A stretch of DNA of 64,000 nucleotides from the NCBI GenBank assembly GCA_951406725.2, contig OX597817.1, positions 146,382,001 through 146,446,000 on the forward strand, read 5' to 3'. Every line of letters starts with the position of its first letter. Within the stretch, counting starts at the first letter, position 1. The DNA comes from Octopus vulgaris. Lineage: Eukaryota. The notes under the pieces are model-generated. The model saw only the letters and a program-made list of their open reading frames with translations, was not told the DNA's origin and made no database searches. This document shows positions 40,301 to 53,084 of the stretch, in pieces. The translations under genes and the position numbers were made by a program.

Positions 40301-42958
40301 AGTAAATAACAAATCTCGTATAATGCCTGCGAGTGAGTTGTGGAGTGAGGTTAAACAAATACTAACGATAATTTTCTTTCTTTTTATCCATTTTCTTGGA
40401 TATACAAGATTATAGTTAAATACACGTATAAGTAGAGCAGGGAATGAGTTGATTAAATGAAAGGAATATAAATCCCCTATGTTATATTCATTGTACTAAC
40501 TGTCATTATGACTCACTACTTTGTTATGCAGGAATGCGTCTATCTGACATGAAAACAAGGTTAAAAAGTAGAACTAGTTAAAAGTATAGGGGCGAGGAGT
40601 GGTGGATGTAGCAGCGTTTGAGATATCGCTTGTACCCCCTTTTATAACATAAAAAGAGAAGCTCCACTTTTTGTTATCAAATACTTCAGTATTGTTGAAG
40701 TATTAAACATTGTTTACTTTAGTCAATTGTGGTTGATACTCAAGTTCAATTTAGATATACTGATGTTTATCGAGAAAAGACAAAAAATTAGTTTGAGAAA
40801 ATGCGAAACTATGGCGCCTATACCCTTCTCGAAGGTATCTTTAGAACAAAGAGCCGATCCAGCAATACAACATCTGCTTATATTAAAACATATCCCTTGC
40901 CTATAGCGTTTCCCTCAGACCCAAATTAGATATCGAATATAAAGAATTCATTTGATCTAAAAATCTATTTTTGTTCTCGTGACTCTAGTTTCGAGATAAC
41001 CGGTTATAGACGCTAAATTGCATCATCAGTGAATCATTTTTACGAAAAAGCTAAAAGTCGATCTACAGCCTAGCAGTTATGCGTTAGACAGTTTTACTAA
41101 GAAGATCTAAGACCAATATTCTTTGGTAGTTACGGTGGCTAGAGTTGTTTCCATAACTACCAAAGATCATAATCACTTTACACTGCATACTCTATTTAAT
41201 ACGAAGTCATCTCCCTTGCATTCATTATCAAGAATTGTCATTAACGGTAATATCTTTTCCCCTCATCATCACGAGTGAAATTTCAATTAATTGAAAAAGT
41301 TTTCTGCACTGACTACATTAAGTTAGATTTAATTATATACAGATGTATCAAATTGCAAATTCTTTAGAAAAGCTTGAAGAATTAACTTTCTAAAATTGTA
41401 TTTGTGCTGTGTAAAAAGTGAAAACAAGCTAAGGGGATAGGCAAAATCTGTAGGGTACTAGGCAAAAATCTTGCCATATCTAGATATTTAGAGTATGATT
41501 TCAAATTCTACTGAGGTTGATTTTTCTCTTTCATCCACCTGGAGTCAATAAAATTTAATTAGCTGAGCATTTGGCCTGATTAAATTTTTCTCATTATTTG
41601 TGACTTTGTTCTAATCATCATTATTCTAAGTAAGTTTCATTCCTTTATGATTTGAGTTTAAATTCTTCTGATATCAACCTTATTTTTTATCAGTGAAACT
41701 AGAGTAGTATAATTTAGTATTAGTCACAGTAATATATTGTTTCCATTAATAGGCTGTTTGACCTTCTAATAATAAAATATTCTGGTGCATGAGAAAAAAA
41801 TATTAGAAAGCTGTGTGGTTACTTTGTGTTTAATGTTGAACTCTCAATGTAAAACTTGCAACAACTGGTGGAATCTCACATATCTCTTTTACTCTTTTAC
41901 TTGTTTCAGTCATTTGACTGCGGCCATACTGGAGCATCACCTTTAGTCGAGCAAATCGACCCCAGGACTCATTCTTTGTAAGCCTAGTATTTATTCTATC
42001 AACCCATGCTAGCATGGAAAGCGGACGATAAATGAAAATGATGATGATGAATGATCTCTTTTGCTGAACCGCTAAGTTACAGGGACGTAACACAGACACA
42101 CAGACATATATATACTCTTTTACTTGTTTCAGTCATTTGACTGTGGCCATGCTGGAGCACTGCCTTTAGTTGAGCAAATCGATCCCAGGACTTATTCTTG
42201 GTAAGCCTAGTACTTATTCTATTGGTCTCTTTTGCCGAACCGCTAAGTTATGGGGACGTAAACACACCACCATCGGTTGTCAAGCGATGTTGGGGGGACA
42301 AACACAGACACACAAACACACACATATATATATATATATGATGGCCTTCTTTCAGTTTCCGTCTACCAAATCCACTCACAAGGCTTTGGTCGGCCTGGGG
42401 CTATAGTAGAAGACACTTGCCCAAGGTGCCATGCAGTAGGACTGAACCCGGAACCATGTGGTTGGTAAGCAAGCTACCTACCACACAGCCACTCCTGCAC
42501 CAATTGTTCATTGATGGTGGAGAATTGGGAGACTAGTAGACAAAATACCTCCTGGTATAACTAATAGAGACAAAAGCAGTATTAATACCAAAACGTAACC
42601 TTGATCCCCAACTGAATGTCGAAGTTGTGTTAAAACACAGAATACTGCATCATTTAGCTTGAGAAAATCTCTTCTAAGGACTTGTGGTACATAAAGGCAA
42701 TCTTATGTAGTTGACAGATAATAATAATCTGCTATGGCTGCCAGAACTGACGATCACATGATTTCAACCTGCTATGGGTTCCTCAGTGGCAGATGTCCAG
42801 CAGCGTCATAACAGCTGAATCTTCTATCAGTGATTTATAAAATCTCAGTTTCTATTCAGGCACTGGTGTTGCAAATAGCCAGTGGGCATATTAAAAGATA
42901 ATTAATAGCAAGAGAAGCAATATTAATGCCAAAAAGATAATCTTGATTGCCAACTTAA

Positions 42959-43178
42959 CCCTTTAGTGTTCAGATTACTCTGTTAAATGTAATAATTTTT
43001 CACTCAAATTATTTTGAATTAATCATACATTATCTTATAGCTTTGAGGTTTCAATGATGTGATTGTTTGTTTTTAGAATATCAATGTAGGTTAGGTGTGA
43101 GAGGCTAGATATCGCCCGTTTGAATGTAAAACACGCAGAATATCTGGGCCAGATATGGCCGGTTTAAACACTAAAGGG
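42959..43178. mobile_element. Complete 220-bp piggyBac-type MITE
   Basis: TTAA-ccctttagtgtt ... aacactaaaggg-TTAA: perfect 12-bp TIR and TTAA target duplication. Confidence 0.92.
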
Positions 43179-43852
43179 TTAAAGTGGAGGTTGTGATAGA
43201 ACACAGAATACCTTCTGGTATGTCATAATGTCATTTTGGGTTCTGAGTTCAAATCTCACCAGCCTTTACTTGGAGATCATTCAAAATGAAGTACCAGTAA
43301 AGTATTGGAGTTTATATACTCTACCCAAATATGTGACAGCTTGGTCATATTAGAAATCATTGTTGATGTTATGATTGGCTGGATGGTGGTGGATGGGGTG
43401 GGGGAATAGGGAGGGCAAATAGTCAAAATAAGTATCTTAATCATCATCATCATCATCGTTTAACGTACGTTTTCCATGCTGGCACGAGTTGGATGGTTCA
43501 ACTGGGGTCTGGGAAGCCAGGAGACTGCACCAGACTCCAGTCTGATATGGCAGTGTTTCTACAGCTGGATGCACTTCCCAATGCCAACCACTCCGTGAGT
43601 GTAGTGGGTGCTTTTTACATGCCAGGGGAGGCTGGCAGCGGTCACGATCGGTTGGTGCTATTTACGTGCCACCAGCACAGAAGCCAGACAAGGCAGCGCT
43701 GGCATCGGCCACATTCAGATGGTGCTTTTTACGTGCCACTGGCACAGGTATCACAACTACAATTTCCATTTGATATTTATTTGATGTTGATGTACTTGAC
43801 TCAATAGGTCTCCTCAAGCACAGCAGGTCATCCCACGATCTGCAGTGCTTAC

Positions 43853-44083
43853 CTGTTGTGAGTCATCTGCTGTGAGTCATCTGGTGTGAGTAGTCATCTG
43901 TTGTGAGTAGTCATCTGTTGTGAGTAGTCATCTGTTGTGAGTAATCATCTGTTGTGAGTAGTCATCTGTTGTGAGTTAATTGTTGTGAATAGTCATCTGT
44001 TGTGAGTAGTCATCTGTTGGAAGTCTTCTGTTGTGAGTTATCTGTTGTGAGTCCCCTGTTGTTGTTAGTCCTCTGTTGTGAGT
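43853..44083 (+). repeat. 14/17-bp minisatellite (GTGAGTAGTCATCTGTT)n
   Basis: About 15 units read directly. Confidence 0.92.
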
Positions 44084-44756
44084 TGATAAAAATCAAATGG
44101 AATTGTAATTGTGATACCCGGTCACTTTATATTCTGAGTTGAAATCCTGCTAAGTCGACTTTGTCTTTCACCCTTTTGAAATGACCATTTCAATGTCTAT
44201 TCTTCCATGTTTGCCTTAGTCAGATAATACTACATAAGGGGCTGAGTTTTCTACAGCTGGATGCCCTTCCAGACACCAACATTCAATTGTTTTCAAATAA
44301 TACCTATTTCTTTACTACCCACAAGGGGCTAAACACAGAGAGGACAAACAAGGACAGATAAACGGATTAAGTCGATTATATCAAGCCCAGTGTGTAACTG
44401 GTACTCATTTAATTGACCCCGGAAAGATGAAAGGCAAAGTCAACCTTGGCGGAATTTGAACTCAGAACGTAAGGGCAGACGAAATACCACTAAGCATTTT
44501 TCCCAGCGTGCTAATGATTCTGCCAGCTCATCGCCTTCAAATAATACCTCCCAATGTACTGAACAATGAACAACTCAGACACGGTTACATAGAGAGCTGG
44601 AAACAAATTACAGTATCTGAATGAGCTTTTTGTTTACAAAGATCACAAAAAATATGTCCAGACACATAAACAGGAATATGACACTATCTGCATGAACAGA
44701 AGGTTTTTATTTACATCCAGTGAACACATATGAACATGAGGGGAAATACAGACACT

Positions 44757-45405
44757 CTGACACAAACCCTTATACATCCTCGTGGCCTATGCCAGGGGTG
44801 TAACCAGCCCACTTATGCATATCTTTCCTTCATTGGACACTAAGCTCTGCTTGTGAAGACCTGCTGAGGCAAGTGAAATCAAAATCAAATTCGATGACTG
44901 GATCTGTGCTAGTGGAGTGCTAAGGGCACCATCCAAGTATGATCATTGCCAGAGCAGCAAACTGGCTTTTGTGCTGGTGGCACGTAAAAAGCACCATTCG
45001 AGCGTGAGCATTGCCAGAGCAGCAAACTGGCTTCTGTGCCGGTGGCACATAAAAAGCACCATTCGAGCGTGATCATTACCAGCGTTGCCTTACTGGCACT
45101 TGTGCCGGTGGCATGTGAAAAAAACCATTTGAGTGAGGTCGTTGCCCGCTGGACTGGCTCCTGTGCAGGAGGCATGTAAAAAACACCATTTGAGTGTGGC
45201 CATTGCCAGTACCGCTGGTGGAACATAAAAGCACCCACTACACTCTTGGAGTGGTTGGCATTAGGAAGGGCATCCAGCTGTAGAAACTCTGCCAGATGAG
45301 ATTGGAGCCTGGAGCAGCCTTCTGTTTCACCAGTCCTCAGTCAAATTGTCCAACTCATGCCAGCATGGAAAGCGGACGTTAAACGATGATGATGATGATG
45401 ATGAT
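44757..45405 (+). mobile_element. RTE-type LINE 3' end with full 3' UTR and (GAT)n tail
   Basis: Longest sense-oriented copy of the family, with internal ~55-bp repeats, GGTTGGCATTAGGAAGGGCATCCAGCTGTAG and terminal gttaaac(gat)n. Confidence 0.85.
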
Positions 45406-47066
45406 ATATACCATTAAAACAAAATATCAGTCAAGTCCTGAGTTTCATTAAATCAACAGCTCTCCTCTCTTAACATTTGTTGCTGTGCCTCAGTAAGAAA
45501 TTATTATTTTTTATTATTATTATTATTAATAATAAGCTGTCAAGCTGGCAAAATTGTTAGCATGAGGCAGAAAATGCTTACTGGCATTTCTTTTAACTCT
45601 TTCTGTTCTGAGTTCAAATACTGTCACGGTCAACTGTGTCACTTTGGCAGTTGATAAAATAAAGTACCTGTTAAGTACTGAGGATGATGATGATCATCAT
45701 CAGCACCATCACCACCAGCATCATCATCATTTTAATGTCTTCTATTTTTGTATGGGTTGAATAGAATTTACTGAGGTAGATTGTCTGTGGCTGGATGCCC
45801 TTCCTGTTTCAATGTCCATCTTTTTTCAAGCAAGGCAATATTTTCCCATGGCCAGACATGCTTCCACAGAATACTGGAAATGAATGACACTGCTTGTTTG
45901 ACAGTGACACTCATTTACAAATGTCATGATATCAAGACAAGGACACACATACACATATACAATGGGCTTCTTTCAGTTTCTGCTTGCCATGTCCATTCTG
46001 GGGCTAGAGAAAGATGCTTACCTAAAGAGACACACAGTAGGACTGAACCCCAAATTATGTGATTCAAAAGAAAACTTCTTAACCACACAGCCACGTCTGC
46101 AGAGACACATAAATTATAAGAAAAAATTGAAAGGAGAAAGAAGACTTTTTTTTTACAAAATAGGAGCAACTTTATTTGCTTATACTGTTTTATTCATAGT
46201 AATTTTACTGGCTGGCCATTCCTAAGCCATACTTTGATAGCTAAGCACCTTGTACTTGGGTTCCTGTTTATCATTAACTGCATAGATGAGCCAGTTCGAA
46301 ACATCTCACCAAATCTCTCGGATACAAACGAAACCAGCAATGATCCTAAGATGAAGTGTGACAATAAAATACTAAATACTACTTTGACATCTTGCATTAC
46401 AGAATATTTTCAGAGAAAGGGTAAGAGTGAGGATGTTTATTTTGCAATTTATGAAGGTCATGCTATCTGTTTTATAACTTGTACCCAAAGAAATTTCAAG
46501 ATCATCAGTCACTTTTCTAAGATGATTGTGATGTTAAAACTGGAAGGGTATTTCCTGGTTCCTGCTTTAAATAATTTATCATAATCCATTAAGTTACCTT
46601 CTCTTCAGAGCTATTTCTTCAGGTGTGTAACAGATGCTTGGTTCTGTCGCTGCAGTAATAGAAAGTCTCTGATTAAATTCAGAGACTTCTATTCCGTTAT
46701 TTTTGATAATTGTGATACAGTTGACAAAATTTACATTAAGGCACATTTGCTCATAACGGAAATCCCAGTCATGGTGGAAAAATCCATATCATTGCAAAGG
46801 CATAATTTGAGAAAGAACCAGATCTAATATCATGGTTAATTATTGTGGTCCAATGTATAGGGTACCATAGCATATAATTATAAACAGCCAGTCTATTTCA
46901 CAAGATAATAATGGAATTAGTAATAATGAAACATTGTGAAGATGACAGTTTAGTAGGAATAACCACAATCTTAATATTTTGGCAGACAATCAGTTCCAAA
47001 ATGAGAGTTGCACTTAAATGATATATTTTTTGAAAATAAGATTTGGACAGAATAAAGGTTTCCCAG

Positions 47067-47139
47067 CTAATTAATTATTTCAGAATCGGAAACAACTGCT
47101 TCAGGAATGTATGGTGCTGGAAATTTCAGTGTAGCAAAT
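47067..47139 (-). CDS. Terminal coding exon of an unidentified minus-strand gene ((R)FATLKFPAPYIPEAVVSDSEIIN*)
   Basis: Acceptor ATTTTATATTTCAG (AG at 47141-47140); phase 2 matches exon 51063-51134. Followed by about 900 bp of repeat-free putative 3' UTR with minus-strand AATAAA near 46170-46195. Confidence 0.55.
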
Positions 47140-48599
47140 CTGAAATATAAAATTGGATACTTGATGTAAAATTCAAAGACCACTTTCTTCAGTGGGGAAG
47201 AGAGTATATAGTATAACACATCTAATATAACAAAATAACATGATATAATAATATAATAACATGATATAATATAATAATAATAATATAATAACATTATTTT
47301 TTTATGTGCCCTTTTCAATTCTAGCCAAGCTCATGGGCCCAGTTTCCTGGTTTCTGTGGCGTATGTGTTCCCCCCAGCTGGACAGAACGCCAGTCCATCG
47401 CAGCGTTACTCAAGAAACAGGAAGAAAGAGTGAGAAAAAGTTGGTGTGAAAGAGTACAACAGGTGTCGCCACCACCCCCTGCTGGAGCCTTGTGGAGCTT
47501 TATGTGTTTTCGCACAATAAACACATACAATGCCTGGTCTCAGAATCGAAACCGCGATCCTCCGACCGCGAGTCCGCTGCCCTAACCACTGGGCCATTGT
47601 GCCTCCAATATAATAACATAATATAATAAAATATGTTATAGCACATCTAATATAACAAAATAACATGATAATGAGTAAAAAGGGATTATCTGGGATTTGT
47701 CAGTTGTTTTAGTGCGTACCAGTGCTATGTAAAAATCACCTGTGTCGGTGTCATATAAAAAGCACCTGTGCTGGTGCCACGTAAAAAGCACCCAATATAC
47801 TCTGGAAAGTGGTTAGTGCTAGGAAGGGCATCCAACTGTAGAAACCATGCCAAAACTAACAACTGAAGCCTGGTGCAGCTCTCTGGCTTCCCAGCTCCTG
47901 TCAAACTGTGCAACTTGTGTCAGCATGGAAAATGGATGTTGAATGATGATGATGATGATGTGGGTGGGGGTAGAGCAAGAGAACCAAGGGTGGCAGGGTG
48001 GGTAATGTAGGCTCATGGGAGTGTGAAAGAGTGCAGACAGTAGAGTTGAGGATAGAAGTGTGGGAAATGGTGGGACTTAGTTTGGTTCAGAGAATGTAAG
48101 GAGAAATAGTGAGACTTGGTTTGGTTTGGAAAATGTAAAGAGAAATAGGAGTGGTTTATGGAGCAAGAAGCAAAAATAAAATAATAATTGCAAAATAGAT
48201 AATTGTATTGATATGTTAACACCATAAAGCTCTCTAGGTATAATAGAATTAATCAAAATAAAGATGGGTGTGGCAATGGATGTTTTTATCAAAATCTAGG
48301 TCTACAGGAAGTTGTGAATTCAGATTGTTGATGGAACGCTTTATTAACCAGTTTATGGCAGTGATTCATTCAGTTGCCTGCACATGACAACGGCAATCGC
48401 GCTGATTAAGGTCAGCACTTAATGTGAGATAATGTTTGGCACATATTTATGTCAACCGCTTTGGTGCAAGTACTGTTTATTTACCTAAACTGTATCCCCG
48501 TGCAGGACACTCATGCAATATCATTCCTGAATAAGATCACTTGACAGCACAAGTCAGATCAACTTCATGCATTTACAATCATGTGAATTCAAAAATTGA

Positions 48600-50065
48600 C
48601 TTCAGTGTGGTAGAGATCAAAAGAAGGTACCACACTCAGTGGCATATCACATCGTGAACAATGGTATCTGGTTTCTTACATTTTCCTTTACTTTACATAC
48701 TGTGCATCTCTTTGAAGCATTTGTCTTCTTGGTGGTGGTGGGAAACAGTTATGGGAAATGTCCATATCCCTTCAACATGCAGTAAGGAGAGAGACTGACA
48801 ATGCATTGTGGATAATATGCAGACGTTTTTCTTGTCATGCCACACTAGAGTGAGAATGCTACTATCGGTGCATCAGTATACTGTTTCCTCCTTTCAAAGT
48901 TTTATTTTGAGATGATTGGGTAGCATGTTTTTCCTGTGTCCTCACAGTCCCACAGGCATTATTCCTCCTCGCCTGCAGTTGCAAGAAGAGGTCTGGACTG
49001 GAAAACCAGTTGTCCGTATAAATATTGTAGCCTTTGTCAAACCAGTTTTCATTCAGCGACAATACATCAGTTGATGCTAGAGTAGATGCTGGAAGCTCCA
49101 GTCTGTCCTGACCAGTGTAGAATTTGTAATTCCATGTGTACCCACAGGCTCTGCCAGTTGATTGGCATACTCTATAAATCTTGACTTCAAAGTGGGCATG
49201 CTTAGCCATGTTGTATTGTTTGAATCGGAGCTTTTCCTTGAATTTCCACAAATTCTCATCCATGCAAATGTCCTGTGTGGGGACATACACTGTTCTGAAA
49301 TTTTCAGCCACTTTGTCAATGATAAGATTATTTTGTGCAGTGTGTCATCCTGGTTTGCTTGAGTTGAAATATAGATTTCAAAGAAGTGCCAAAAATTGAT
49401 CATGTGGCATTGTTTCTGGAAATAAAGGTGTCAATGTGGCTGGATCCTAATTCCAATATGATACCAGGGTCAGTTTCTTCACAATGCCCATCAGAATCAG
49501 CAGGGCAAGCACAACTTTGATTTCGTCCCTTGTGGTTGGAAACTAATCACCACCATGCCCAGGTATGACATGCTGGGGATGGTTTCCAACATAGTCATTT
49601 GTTTCGTCCGCTATATACTGGAATATTTCATCTATTAAAAACTCATGGAAGATTTCCAATGGTGAGCTTCCATGTTCAAGGTTTGCCTTTATGCCAAGCA
49701 TACCAGTAAACCCATGCCATCCGACAAAATTATCTCTCAGTCACCGCATGGTATTCTGTTGTCCAGGACCATTCACTGCTGTCTGCCTGTACCTTTGATT
49801 AACTGGAATATCATCATCGCTGAGTCTGAACTAGGAAAATACTCACTCTCTGAGTCATCATCCAGACTGGAAGAAACAACTGGTGAGGTGGTGGAGCCTG
49901 GTGTAGCTTGGTGTGATGACTGTAAATTCGACAAAACAGGACACAATGACAAAGTTAACGGAGCCAGAGTGATAGGACATGATGACTGTAAATTTGATAA
50001 AACAGGATACGATGATGAAGTTGACAGGTCTGGAGTGGCAGGACATGACAAAGAAGCCAAGCCAA
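48600..50065 (-). pseudogene. piggyBac (PGBD4-like, DDE_Tnp_1_7) transposase relic
   Basis: IADETNDY, EIKVVLALLILMGIVKK..SYW, ICMDENLWKFKEKLRFKQY, GYTWNYKFYTG, GYNIYTDNWFSSPDLF, ACGTVR, WHDKKNVCILSTMH and C-terminal Cys-rich ETRYHCSRCDMPL..FDLYH; frameshifts, stops and an internal deletion. Confidence 0.92.
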
Positions 50066-50069
50066 TCAG

Positions 50070-50400
50070 TTTCCAGTCACTAGGAAAAACATGGGTAGAG
50101 AGTGAAATTTCATGGAGGTGTGATTCTAGAAGAAAAAGACTGGATAAAAACTCAAGGATTGCACTGGACCAATGAAATTTATGTTGTTGTGAAGTGAGCT
50201 TCTTAAGCAGACAGCCATACCCGGACTCATCTGAGGGTGAGGAAGAGAGAAATTAATGAACTGAGTGATGTCAGGAGGAAATATAGAGACTGTTGTGACA
50301 GTGTTAGAAGATGTAAAGAGAAAATACAGTGAGCCAAGAGTTGTAAAGTGTTGGTGGCTGAAGGCTCGTCTATCAGATTTATGGTGTCAATAACATCAGT
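50070..50400 (-). mobile_element. Possible CR1/Jockey-type LINE fragment abutting the piggyBac relic
   Basis: ISLSTHVFPSDWKL resembles the pre-RT SL..G.FP..WK motif. Confidence 0.4.
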
Positions 50401-50480
50401 GAGAGCATATGGCTTAGGGGTTGGGGTATTTGGACCATAATCATAAGGTTGTGAGTTTGATATCCAGTGACACATTGTGT

Positions 50481-50767
50481 TTTGTCTTGTCTTGAGACAG
50501 CATTCACCCGGGGTGGGTTGAGCTGGTTTCATTCATCCTCAATGTTGCATCTCTCACAAACGCCGATCAGACCTGGTGATTTGAGTCTAATGACCACGTG
50601 ATCTCCAACCGCTTCTTATTCCAGCGGCGAACGCCGTAGATATGGGGGCCTAGGTTGGGTTCCAGATCAGCCTTGACTGTCATCAGTCAGGTCTTTCGTT
50701 GTCCACCACATCGCTTTCGCCAACCCTAAAGGGGAGCTGGGGCAATTGCTTCGTAGATGAATTCTCC
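50481..50767 (-). mobile_element. 5'-truncated RTE LINE with (CAAGA)n tail and 13-bp TSD, nested in a tRNA-SINE (about 50400-51010)
   Basis: TSD tgacacattgtgt at 50468-50480 and 50768-50780; translation GWRKRCGGQRKT*LMTVKADLEPNLGPHIYGVRRWNKK...SAFVRDA. Confidence 0.88.
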
Positions 50768-51062
50768 TGACACATTGTGTGCTTGAGCAAGACACTTTAT
50801 TTCATGTTGCTCCAGCCTACTCAGCTGGCAAAAATGGGTTATGCCCATAATTCAAAGGGCCAGCCTTGTTATATTCTATGTCATGCTGAATCTCTCTGAG
50901 GACTATGCTAAAGGTACACATATCTGTGGAATGCTTAGCTATTTGCATGTTAATTTCAGGAGCAGGCTGTTCTTATTGATCGGATCAACTGGAATTCCCA
51001 TCATTGTAAGTGTGTGTCAGTTAATTATAACCATTTTTTAAGACAAAAAAATTACAACAAAC

Positions 51063-51134
51063 CTTTCACTAATTTCATCAGCTTCCTCTTTTAGCTGTTC
51101 TGAATCAACCTCATCATGTTGAATTTCTTCTAAG
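51063..51134 (-). CDS. 72-nt symmetric (phase 2-2) coding exon, LEEIQHDEVDSEQLKEEADEISE(R)
   Basis: T-rich acceptor ...TTTTTCATACATATTTCAG, donor AAG|GTTTGT and an open acidic helical peptide; joins in frame to 47139-47067. Confidence 0.6.
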
Positions 51135-52424
51135 CTGAAATATGTATGAAAAATTAAACAATTTTTGAAAAAAACAGAAAAAGTATAGAACAACGACAAC
51201 AACACACATCAGGAAATCTATAAAAAAACACGCAATATCTATATTTACACATACAAATATAACCGTATATTGGAAATGGTCCACCTAACCATTAGCGGGT
51301 CAATGGGTCATTTTTAAAGGTTTCATCTCATTGTAGTATATCAAGAAAAAGTCAATTCTTTCAAGGCTGTTAACCCAAAGTGGACATAGTCAGAAGTGCA
51401 TGGAATAAGAAAAAATGAAAGTAGCTCCACTAGAAATGGAATCAGAATTTATTGCATATTACAAAGGTGCAGAAGTGGCTGTGTCATTTGCTTCAGAACG
51501 TCATGGTCTCAGGTTCAATCCTACTGTAAGGGACCCTGGACAACTGTCTTCTACTATAGTCAAGGACCAACTAAAGCCTTGTGAGCGGATCTGATAGGTG
51601 GAAACTGAAAGAATGTGTGTGTGTGTGTTTAAATATATCTGTTGCAGGTAAGTTGGGACATATAATCCAAGCATTTACCGCATGAAACACTTCTATAGGT
51701 AGCAACTATTAGAAAGGTGGAAGTTTCATGAAGCTACATCTTCAATAAACAGAAAATCCACAAATTAGCCACAGAATGGAGTTAGCAATATTCTTTTAAT
51801 GCATTGTTTACAATTGTTTCGCCAAATCACATTTTAACCAATCTTGCATCATGCTCATTAACATGTCAGCAATTATTGATTTAGTTCTATGCACAGTGCA
51901 AGTGATCTTTCTCACTGCATATGAGAATTAATTCATCAAAACATATGTATATGTCTATGTGTGTGTATTTGTGTCTTCTTGTCTTGATATCTTGTGATGG
52001 TTGTGAGTATCACCTTCATACAAGCAGAAATATATTAACTTTACTTCGAAACAGGTGAAAGTTGACAGGAAGGGCATCTGTCCATAGAAAATCTGCTTCA
52101 ATAAATTCTGCTTAACCTCTGAAAGTATGGAAAAGTGGACGCTAAAATGATGACAAGGATGATGATGTTGATCCACAATGTTGCATCTCCTATGGGTAAA
52201 ATTTCAGGGTTTAATACATTTCGGCATTGCCTCTTTGGCGCTGCCTATCTGGAGTCGCTGATTTGACACTGACCCATTTGACATCAAATGTTTTAATGCT
52301 TCTCTTGTTTTGCTTCTCGTGTGTGTGTGTTTGGTTTTAATGTTCCTCTTGTTATCTCCCTATCTCACACTCTCTTTCTGTTTATATGCATGTGTGTGTG
52401 TGTATTTGGTTCCTGTGCATAAAG

Positions 52425-52438
52425 AGACTGAATGTCCA
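52425..52438 (+). other. Candidate 14-nt microexon AGACTGAATGTCCA
   Basis: Consensus donor GTAAGT at 52439; about 130-nt upstream pyrimidine/TG tract with TGCATG (52387) and TGC just before the AAG acceptor. Confidence 0.35.
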
Positions 52439-52685
52439 GTAAGTCATGCCAAACCACCAGCATCTGAACAGCTGTGTCCAATCAGCTCATTCTGAAATTA
52501 TCAAATACAACAACAGCAAATACAGAGCCACAATGTTAAAAGCATTTTTTTCCCAATACCTTATTAGTAACAACAAAGAGACTTAGTAAAACATCGAAGC
52601 AGATGAAAGCAGCATAAATGTATTATTATTATTTTTTGGGAGGTTAAAATATATTTAAAGACAGCAAAAATATCATCATTATCAC

Positions 52686-53084
52686 CAGTGGTGGACTGGC
52701 CAGGTTGCCAGCTTGCCTGATGGCAAGTGGGCCCCTGCACCATTAGAATCCATATACAGGGGCCCGTGTTAGTATCTAAGGGGCCCATCTCCTCAAGTTT
52801 GAGAATTTTTTATTCACTCCAGGAAGAATGCATTATTTCAGTGTAGCTGTGCTTGTAGATAGTTGGAAATACTTTTAACAAAAAAAAATTAAAAATTAAA
52901 CGATAGCATTGTAGTTGCGGGTAGGTCCCCTCGTAGTTGTGGGAGGGCCCCCTTGTAGTTGCGGGTGGGCCCCCTTGTGGTTACAGGCGGGCCCTCTTGT
53001 AATTGCGGGTGGGCCCCTTTGTAGTTGCAGGCGAACCCCCTTAGTCTCCAGGCAACCAATATTTTTAGACCCAGTCCGCCACTG
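52686..53084. mobile_element. hAT-type MITE with internal ~23-bp GC-rich tandem repeats
   Basis: TIR cagtggtggactgg / ccagtccgccactg; 8-bp TSD attatcac/attatctc; (ttgtagttgcgggtgggccccc)-like units at 52908-53042. Confidence 0.88.

Noticed and set aside
48862-49311. Domesticated PGBD gene
   Set aside because: The transposase has multiple stops, frameshifts and an internal deletion.
51289-51312. piggyBac 5' TIR enclosing the 51063-51134 exon
   Set aside because: No TTAA flank and no matching TIR found at the other end of the relic; LINE and SINE fragments intervene.
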